Assembly (NCBI RefSeq): GCF_009914755.1
Contig: NC_060925.1
Source of the DNA: the human T2T-CHM13v2.0 reference genome, Homo sapiens
Direction: 5' to 3' (one strand)
Length of the DNA stretch: 64,000 nt
Program-made: the position numbers and the translations under genes
In this document: positions 40,781 through 52,719 of the stretch, piece by piece
Layout of the letters: each line of letters begins with the position of its first letter
How positions within the stretch are numbered: the stretch's first letter is position 1
Notes under the pieces: generated by a model
What the model was told of the DNA's origin: nothing
The model's input: the letters and a program-made list of their open reading frames with translations, nothing else
Databases searched by the model: none

Positions 40781-42577
40781 GAGAGGCAGAGCTCTCCTCC
40801 CTTCTCCTGGATGCACTATCTTCCTGTGCTTTGGAGTCACAGATGTCTCTGTCACCCATTAAGTTTTGTTTCTTCTGCTGAGGATGTCTTTCCATGTATT
40901 TGGATCGCTCCTGATATCTTAGTGCCTTGTTTTTGTGTTCAAGAAATGATTGATGAATTGAAGGGAAACCGAGTAACATCAGGACCCTCTTAGGGAATGC
41001 CATGCCCCCCTATGACCTCCTGGAGGATAGTATTGCAGAGAACTGAGGAAGAGGCTGGCATCTTAAAAGTCAGGAGCATAATCACTGGTACTGGAGATCC
41101 TCGAAAAACCTGCAGAGAAGCTGTTTGCTTTCTGGAATGTTGATCCCAGCTTACAAGCATTACAGACAAGTAATTATGATAGGTTGGACATTTTTACACT
41201 TGGCCATTGCTAATATTTTTTTCTTTGAGTTAATTCCTTATACCATTTGCCCATTTTCCCATAAATTGGCATATTTATCTTTTTCATATGAACTTAGATT
41301 ATTTGCATAGTAAGGATATTAACCTTTTATATCATATGTGGTGCATGTTTTCAGAATAATCACTTCTAAAGGATTGTTAAAGCTGTTATCCTATAGGCAA
41401 TTGTGGGCAAATAAGGCTGTTGGAAGCAGAAAAAGACAAAACAGTTATTCTTTTTTATTTTAGAGCATTTGGTTTATAAAGCATTTCATGTGTTTGATTC
41501 CCACAATAATCCTAAGAAGTATATTAGTATTTTACAAACAAGGAGATTGCAGCTCGAAGTGGGCAAGTGACATGCCCTAAATGACAAATGTAAGTGTGAT
41601 TTTAGGACTCCCAGTCCAGTGCTCTTGTTCCACAAAGGAGTGCTTCCCCTATGGAGTGGGCATTTGCAATGGGACCTTTGCTGCTCAGCTTCTACTCACA
41701 ACAGAGATGTGATTTACACACATGCCCCAGCACAACAACAAAGTGCTCTTTTGAGTTGATTAATTCAACAGATAGTGCCAAACACTGTTCTCTAGATGCT
41801 GGGGATTCAAAAATCCCTGCCTCCATGGAGCTTATATTTTTCTGTTGCACATGTAATCTATATTTTATGTAATATTACCCCCATTTTAGGACTTTATTAT
41901 TAGGAAGAAGTACAATCAGCACCAACACCCTGAAATTGCCCTGTATTGATAACGCTATGGGCTGTGAAATGTGAATGTGAAATGTAATGCAGCTGCTTCT
42001 GGGGGGAAAAAGGCTCTGATTTTCTTGTATTAATTAAAATTCTGTCTCCTTTCAAAAATTAATCTCTAGTGTCTCTTGCTGTTATCTACCTTGAGAAGCA
42101 GAGGCAGTGTCAGGATAGGTGGTTCTGGGGGCTCAGCCAAGGTGAGAGCATCCTTGGCTGCAGAGGTATGGCGGGGGTGGAGAGGTGAAGTCATAGCTGG
42201 GAGAAGCCAAGAATCCTATCCAGAAAGGTTGCATGTGAGAGGCAGGGTGAAGGTGTTGAGGGAAAAGGAATAGAGAAATCAGTAAGTAGAACTATCAACA
42301 TAAATAATCAAAACAAGGTACTGTTTTACAAGCATTTATCCTTTTTAAAGCGAACTGTTGACAATTAGATTGGGACTTCATTAGGTGCCTTTTTGGATAT
42401 GAAGACAATAACCAAATATAAAAATGCCTCCATTCTCTGTTCAAGTTTTCACACATGAAATTTCTGGTTGACCAAGTTCTTAGGTAACTGAAACATCCTT
42501 GTAGCTCCTCAGCCATGCTCTAACTTAGTATAGGTAAATCTTCTAACACTCTGATACCTGTATACCTATATACCTAT

Positions 42578-42670
42578 ACACACACACACACACACACACA
42601 TATACATCTATACATATGTACATATCTGTGTATATATACACCCATATATGCATACATACACACACATTTT
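42578..42670 (+). repeat. (CA)n/(TA)n microsatellite
   Basis: acacacacacacacacacacaca followed by a degenerate TA/CA run. Confidence 0.9.
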
Positions 42671-42925
42671 CACACATGTATATGATGTTTTCTATTCATG
42701 TGCAAACTGCAATTCATATACTCCAGGATTTGTCCCTTCATTTAGTACTTAAGGAACCCAGTAGATGATTGTGCCATTCTCTGAATTTGCCTTGCAGAGT
42801 GACTACATTTAAACTTATTTCAAGAATGTTCCATTTTAAAATCTAGTTTTATTTGTTTTTTAGAGGAGGAGATAACTTCTACTTAGTAAAATATAACATG
42901 AAGTAATGTTTAAAAAGATGGCTTT

Positions 42926-43196
42926 TTAGATAGGTGAAATAAGTTCTGGTGTTCTATTGCACAGTAGGTGATGATGGTTAACAGTAAGGCATTATATATT
43001 ACAAAGTAGCTTGAAGAGAGGCTTTTAATTGTTCTCACCACAAAGAAATGATACATGCATGAAGTGATGGATATGCTAAATACCCTGATTTAATCATTAA
43101 ACAACATATTTATGTATCGAAACATCAGATTGTACCCCATAAATATGTACAATTACAATGTGCCAATTAAAAAATAAAAACAAATGAAAAAAATTT
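42926..43196 (+). mobile_element. L1MA-class 3' end, 5'-truncated
   Basis: tagataggtgaaataagttctggtgttctattgcacag...aaatatgtacaatt; TSD aaaaagatggcttt at 42912-42925 and 43197-43210. Confidence 0.88.
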
Positions 43197-43879
43197 AAAA
43201 AGATGGCTTTGCTAAGAGACAGACCTGGATTTAATGTTCCAGTCTGCTACTAAGCTCCGAAGTGTACATATTCACTTAGATATCCCTTAGGTGTCTTAAG
43301 CTTAGGATGCCCCAAACAGAATTCATTGTTTAACTTCTTTTCCTCATCACTAAACACACTCTCTATTCTTTCTATATTCTCTGGTTTTCTTTTACTCTTT
43401 CTGTGATTCTTTTATCACATTTGTTATCCAAGATAGAAACCTGAGTTAATCCTGGTATCTTCTCCTCACTTATTCTCTGGGCCTAATTGCTCATCAAGAC
43501 CTACTGATTAAGTTTCATAAAACTATGTCCTGGACTATAGCAATTGTCTTTTTAAATGTTCTCCCTGCTGTAATGCAGCCTGCTATTCATGAGAAAACAG
43601 TCTTTACAAACCAGACATTTAATTATAGAATTTGTATACCTTAGTTATTTATAATGGGATCCCATTGCCTAAACGATAGAATCACTTATGTATTCACTTA
43701 ACCAGTTTTCAATAGATGTTGAGCTTCTGTGTGCCAGGCAGTATTCTAGATGTTAGGAATACAGCAGGGAACAAAACAAAAATCCCTGCCCTCATAAAAG
43801 TTGCTTTCCAGTATGGGGAGAGTCTAAGGACATATATTCTGATTTAGGTAAATGAAAAGACAAACCCTGCTCTTGAAAA

Positions 43880-44500
43880 GGAATACTTCAAATTACAAAG
43901 ATGTCTGCTTTCTCCACTTTAGTCTTTAATGTGATATTGATAAATGTAAACAATGTTTTTACTAAATTATATTAAAATTTATCTGAAAATGTAAATGTAT
44001 AAGAGTAGCCAAGACATTTCCTTAAAGAACAATGAGGAACAGGAACTTTTTATATAGGGAGTAAAATATATTCTAAAGCTACAATAATTGAAATGATGTG
44101 ATATAATATAGGAATACAGGAACCAAATATATATATATATACACACACACACACGACATATATTGTGTATGTGTGTGTATATATATGAATTTACAGTATA
44201 TATAAGTGTAAAGTGTCATTTCAAATCATTGAAAACGAATCATTCAGTGAATTGTGTGACTGGCTAGTTACTTGGCAGGACAAAAATTGAGTTGGAGCCC
44301 CATCTTATATCTTATATCAAAATAAATTGCAGGTGGAGCTAGTACATGCATTTTAAAAATTAAATCATAAAAGGATTCAAAGAAAACACAGACAATTTAA
44401 AAACTTCAAGGGAGAAGACCTTTCTAAGCATTATGCAAATCAATAAGCCATAAAGGAAATAATTGATATGTTTGAATTTGTAAAAATAAAAATACACTGA
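43880..44500 (+). mobile_element. Old L1M ORF2 remnant containing a TA/CA microsatellite
   Basis: taaaatttatctgaaaatgtaa...agagtagccaagaca...ctaaagctacaataatt...caaaataaattgcaggtgga. Confidence 0.6.
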
Positions 44501-45261
44501 CCACTATAATTTATTAATAACTTCCAAAAACAAATGAGTTAGTTTTAAATTTTAGATTGATTATATAGAGGATTCAGGAAGGTGATAAAAAGATGATTGA
44601 TAAGTAATAAGATTGTAATAAAGCTCTAGTTCCAGACAGAAAATGAGGATTTCAAGCACTGATGGCTGAAATGTAAGGTGAAAACCAGCTGAAGATTTTA
44701 AGTGGTAAAATAGTCAGGAGATGATGAATGACTGGCTGTAAGCAGTAGGGAAGATCACCTAGTATATGATCCCAAGATTCAGTTGCAAATGTTTTGGAGA
44801 ACTTTGGTTCCATTTACTGACATGAATAATAGAAGAAGAAAAAAGCTCTTATTCTGAGAGAAAGGTTTGTTTAATTTTAGGCTTAGAAAGTTTGAAGTTC
44901 AAGAGGCCTGGACAAGTAGATAGGATCATCCAATATCTGTGTCTTAAGAAAAGAGGGAGGAAAGATATGATACACTATCAGAACACAATAGAGAAAATGG
45001 TACAAATACATAAGGTTATCCATGGAGGGGAGGTAGAGAAGAAAAAACAGCCACAGATAGAGGTTTCTAGAAACACCATTTAAGAGAATATTAAGATTTT
45101 CAAAAAGACATACCAGAAACATCACATCATAGAGGATGAAGAAGTACAGGGTTTCAAAAAGGAATGAGAAGACCCCAAGTGCTGAATGAGTCATAGAGAT
45201 CCAATACACAGTTGACTAAAAAATAGCTGTTGAAGCTGGCAATGTGGAGGACGTGTCTGTC

Positions 45262-46454
<1,193 letters not shown>

Positions 46455-48432
46455 TTATAATAAGGTAGACCAATAATTATTAAATCATGTTTTTAAAATT
46501 ATGGACCAGTAAGTTCTCAGGAAAAAAATAAACAACAAAACTAACATTGGTTGGGTAGAAAAGTTGAATACAGAGTTAATAACTTTTAATTTTAGCAGTT
46601 AAAGACTTTAAAACAAATAGATTAATCACAAAAACTCAACTGCTAGCTTCACTCACCATCAATTCATTAAAGAAAAGGTCCAAATTAATGTTCTTTGTTT
46701 TGCAAGACCTCTCAAAGCTTTGCTGCAACCTACTTTTCTAGCCTCAATTCAACGATTCCTCTGCCTTAGCCTGGCCACACGGCTCACTGTTCCCGGATTT
46801 CCCAGGTAATCACTTCTTTGGCTAGAAATAACCAACCCCCACAGCCACTTCCACCCACTGCTGTATTTGACTGGGGAACTCTGACTCATCCTTCCAGGTC
46901 AAGTTTCTTCATCTGGGTTCCCATTGCACTATATATACTCCTCTATTAGAGCACTCGTTACGTTATTTTATAGTTATTTGTGGAGGTCTTTGTCCCTTTC
47001 ACAGGATTACGAAGAAGGGCATCATGGTGAGTTCACTTTCTTTTCCCCAGCATTTAGCAAGCATAATTAACAAGCACACAGTAAGCTCCCAGTAAATGGC
47101 CTCAAGTGAACAAATCAAAGGCCAACTTCCTGTTTGTGATGTCTGTATTCATCAGAAATTTTCCTGAGATTTTGAGCATTGTTTTCAGTGTGCATAATTC
47201 CCCTGAAACCCAAGTTTAATATTAGCTGAAGAGCAGAGCACAAGGCACTTGTAGTAGGACTCCAAGAAGTGTGCCACTCCAAGAACGTCTCCATTACATC
47301 GAGAAAGAGGGAATATTTGTTATCAGCATGATGGACATGATCCCAGTGTAATTGTTGCTGTTGTGAAGGCCTTTTGAATGGTTTTCCCTCTCCCCATGAT
47401 AATTTATCTCCTACATTCACTTCACTATAGCTTTGATACCAAAATCTTGGGCTTTTCCAGATTAGAAAAAAATATGTTTTTGTTTAAACTTGTCTCTTTT
47501 TCTGGTCTATAGAACCTCATAATAATTGGCTTTGCCACATGGAAATTTGTAATAACATTAGAGCCCCACATCATTCTGAGGTTATAGTCCATAGTCGAGG
47601 CCCTATAATTAGACATGTTTTCTGTGCACTTGCAGACACGTATACACTGAGGTGGCTGAAATAATACCTCCCAATTTCCCCGGCTGATAATCAGAGTCTT
47701 TACAATTTGGTTATATACTGGGTGCTTGGCATTTCTAGCTGTTAAGTTGAGAAGCTGTTAGAGTTGTAGTTGAATTAAAAGTTATTTTCCCCTTGGTGTC
47801 AAGTGTATCACTACATTCTCAACACTTAATTATCGTTGTGTCCCAAAATATTCTTCATTTAGCAAAATATTGAAATTACTCTTTCCTGTTGAAGAAGCTA
47901 ACTCTACTATGCAAGAGAGCACTGAGATGCCGTGTTCCACAGAGAACCCAGGAAATGAATGGCATTTGAGGGCATTTGGGGCAACTGGAGGAGCCCCAAA
48001 ACCTGTTAAAGGGGCCACATATTCTTACCTATATTAGACTCAACTTGATAGCTAATCTTTTTAGCAGCTGACACGTCCTCAGGCTGAAGCTGACCAGACC
48101 AAAAGAGGCCTCCCCACCCTCGGCAGAGTTGACTGAAATGGCATTAAAGTAGGACATGACTTCCCTTCCCCATGCCCCCACCCCACTACCTTTTGTGCTG
48201 TTCACAGAGAAGTTTCTCCTCCATCCTCTTGTCCCTGTGTTTTCACATTGTATGTTCTATTTAGATCAAGGTACCCAGTGACCAAATATAATATGAGGAA
48301 GGGATGATCTAATTATGAGCAATTAATACCTTAGTGAGCAAGAGCTGAAGGAGGAAGGTACAGACTAATTTTTTAAAGTAAAAGGTGGTAAGGGGGAGAA
48401 ATACTTCTTTGATCACTTACTAAAATATCTAA

Positions 48433-48996
<564 letters not shown>

Positions 48997-49146
48997 TGAT
49001 CTGACCCCGTGTGATTCTATGGATATGCTTCCCTCACCTGACATAACGGCTCCCACACTATTTCCCTACAGGAGAAATGATGCTTGTGTTTCTCTAGTGG
49101 CCAGTGTCAGTTACTCTGAAGATGTGATTTACCAACCAACTGGGCT

Positions 49147-49170
49147 AAACAAACAAACAAACAAACAAAA
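49147..49170 (+). repeat. (AAAC)n microsatellite
   Basis: aaacaaacaaacaaacaaacaaaa. Confidence 0.85.
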
Positions 49171-49256
49171 ACCGGAGCAATAGGACCTTGAATGCATAAT
49201 TAACTTGTGTGGAAGGCTTCATTCTTCACTCAGGGGTGTTAAAAAGGATGCCTTTG

Positions 49257-49807
49257 TGAGCTAAAAGCAGAACTACCATTTGACCCAGCATTCCCATTAC
49301 TGGGTATATACCTAGAGGAATATAAATCATTCTACTGTAAAGACACATGCATGTGAATGTTCACCGCAGCACTATTTACAATAGCAAAGACATGGAATCA
49401 ACTTAAATGCTCATCAGTGACAGATTGGATAAAGAAAATGTGGTACATATACTCATGGAATATTATGCAGCCATAAAAAAGAACAAGATTATGTCATTTA
49501 CAATAACATGGATGAAGCTGGAGGCCGTTATCCTTAGCAAACTAACGCAGGAAGAGAAAACCAAATACCTCAAGTTCTCAGTTATAAGTGGGAGCTAAAT
49601 GATGAGAATTCATGAGCACAAAGAGGAGAACAACAGACAGTGGGGTCTACTTGAGTGTGGAGGGTGGGAGGAGGGAGAGGAGCAAAAAACATAACTATTG
49701 GGTACTAAGTTTAATACCTGGGTGATGAAATAATCTGTACAACAAATGCCTGTGACATGAGTTAACCTGTACATGTACCCCAAACCTAAAATAAAGTAAC
49801 TTTTGAA
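49257..49807 (+). mobile_element. 5'-truncated L1PA (L1PA13-like)
   Basis: ORF2 end plus 3'UTR; 16-bp TSD aaaaaggatg(c/t)ctttg at 49241-49256 and 49808-49823, at a TT/AAAA site. Confidence 0.92.
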
Positions 49808-51514
49808 AAAAAGGATGTCTTTGCATTAACTAGTGGGGAAAGTTGCCCTAGTGGATTAAGTAACTTAATATTTCTTCCAAAGGTAATGATCTGGAAACCA
49901 AGACTGTGCTTTTATTGATATCTTCACCTTCTAAATTCCCTCTGTAAACACCTATGAATAGGAGGGAAGAAAGGACCTAAAGTGGTCAGAGGGAACCTCG
50001 AGGCCAAGGCCAAGTTGTATCCCAGACTGTCTGGCTCCAGAGAGGAAGGTCTTCCTTCAGTCATTCATTTCTGGCCCCCTTTCCTCTGCACTACCCTCAG
50101 AAACAGTAGCAGATACCTATTGCAAGGTTGCGCTGTGCTGGTCATGTTCACAGACAATGCAAACATTTTCCCTGCTTTCTAGGCATTTCTTATCCATATA
50201 GTCTTTCAAACCTGGTCAAGGTTTTCTCCTGGCAAAATTTGAGAAGTTGGTGGCATTTGTATTTGAGATCATGCACCTTTGCTGTCCCTTAGTTTAATGT
50301 TCCCCTTTTCTCTTCCCTGTCCTTCGGTCAGGGAGGAGTTATTTGTTGGACTTAACTAGCTCACGTATGGGGTTTTGGCCTGGGTTCCCTGAAAGACGAC
50401 CCCAAGAAAAGAATTGGCTGCAAAAGGGAGCAAGTGAGAAAATTGAGGCAGAGAAGGGGAAAAAGCCAAAGAGTTATGTGTTAATTGAGAGGGTTGTCAG
50501 TATGAACTGCTGAGGCTTAATCCACTGGGAACCCTAGAAGGAACCATGTAGAACGTACCTCAGCCCTGCTCCACCAAGCAACTGGGAAACTGGGACATAG
50601 ATACATGTATCTGTATGTTTATGTATGTATGTATATGAGTATGTGTGTGTGTGTGTGTGTATTTTTCCCCCATCCATCAATCCCTGTCCATCCTTGAGTG
50701 ATGACACTTTGGGGCTGCCCTGTTTGTGGACTTAACAGTGCCTGGAGAAATTCCGTAGGTGGAGAAGCAGGAAGATGTAAGCACTCAAAGTGGGCACTGT
50801 CACATACCTGTGTGAGTGTTTAAGTCCTGTCCACTGCAGCTGCAGAACCCAGAGGTGGCCCGAGGGGATATGGGGTGGCATCCAGAGCATATGCTCTTGC
50901 TCCACATTCAAGGAGTAGATCATTCATTCAACATTTGTGGAGCACCTACTATGTGCCAGGAACAGCTTTTCCAAGGTGAGTGAGTTAGAAGAAGCAGAGT
51001 GACAACAGAATTCAGGACTAGAGTGAGCCGGAGAGCAGATGGTCCACTGCCCAGAAAGAGGACATCCCTTATAGGGCCAGCGGATGGAAGCCATGGGCTG
51101 GGCAGGACATTCCTGTCCCAACCCACATGGCAGCTAGAGTCCTGGAAATTACAGTCGACATGACCCCACCCCTCTCCTGAAACACAGTTTCCTCCTCCCA
51201 ACCCCACCCAGCAGTGCACACCCCAACACCCGCTCTGCCAGCTCTCGTTCGTTGCCTCTTTCTCCTCAATATAACCACCATTTTATTTTATCCCAGCTCC
51301 CAGCGTGCATTTGTCCTGCACAGCCTTGCTGCCCTTCACCCTGCTCCTCAGTGTAGAGTACCATGTTCCCGTTATTATTGTTCAGTTCCCCAGCCACACA
51401 GCTAATCCTGTTAGGGCCAATTTAGGCAATACAAGAGTCTGGAGCTTTTATGACCTAAGCAGTTGGGGCTCTCCTTATGCTACCAATGATAAATGATAGA
51501 ATAAGTAAGCAGAG

Positions 51515-51849
<335 letters not shown>

Positions 51850-52239
51850 TCAATTAAAATACTCATTGATCATGTCTGATGTCACAGAGTTTAATCTTAA
51901 ATTCAGTAGACCCATAAATTAAAAATACTGGATCTCAGTAGCCAGAGGGTCATTCTGTCTTAGAGCCCCTGGACACAGTCCCCCTAATATGGACCAGGCC
52001 TCATCTGAATGTTCCATGCCCCCTCAGCTGCGAATTCCCATGTTTTCTGGGCCAGTTATCTGACCTCTTCCTGCGAGGGCAGTGCAGCAGGGGTGTGGGC
52101 TCTCAGGGGGACAGAGGGACTCTGCCACAGGCTTGACCTGACCATCTCTCTCAAGTCTCTCTCTACACCCCAGCACAGAGAGAGCAGAGGTCTGCAGAGT
52201 GCCACCCCTCTAGCAGCTCTGTGGACCAAACAAGCATTT

Positions 52240-52620
52240 CACCTGCAGGTGCCAGCTCAGCGTGCCAGGGCATGAGTGTCCCCCAGGTGGCAGGGTGACT
52301 GCCTTTCTTAGGTGGCTTATGTTCAGTGTGGAAGTTCAGGCTCTCTCATTCCTGTTTCGATTCCTTTTCCCTCTCTGTCTCACCTGGTCTTTGATAGCAA
52401 AGGTTAGTGTTATAATTAAACAATCAATTTAGCAAATTTTCTTTGGGGATTTCCTTTCCTTTTGTTTTGCCAACTGTAATTCCTCCAGTCTCCAGAGAGA
52501 TCCCCTGTGAAGTGCATCTGAGGTGTTTTCACTTTCCCTCATCCACAGTTGTTGTTGTTTTCAGGGACTAACAAATGACAAATAAGACACAGCATGTTCG
52601 TGGTTTATATAAGCAGGAAG
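52240..52620 (+). promoter_or_regulatory. Candidate intronic promoter/enhancer (E-boxes, Ets-IRF, NF-kB, ISRE, RUNX, TATA)
   Basis: CACCTGCAGGTG 52240-52251; TTCCTGTTTCGATTCC 52349-52364; GGGGATTTCC 52445-52454; TTTCACTTTC 52527-52536; CGTGGTT 52599-52605; TATATAAG 52606-52613. Motif-based only. Confidence 0.4.
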
Positions 52621-52644
52621 GAATATATCTGCTTCTCTCTGCAG

Positions 52645-52719
52645 GAAGAGAGGAGGAGGAAAAGAGGAGGAGGCACAGCTGATGGCTGCTACCCAAGGCC
52701 TTGCTCCGAAACATCATGG
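52645..52719 (+). other. Candidate unannotated CACNA1E exon (75-nt cassette, or first exon with ATG at 52682)
   Basis: tctgcttctctctgcag| acceptor, GA-rich body, TGG|gtgact donor; open in the phase-2 frame of the host intron. Confidence 0.3.
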
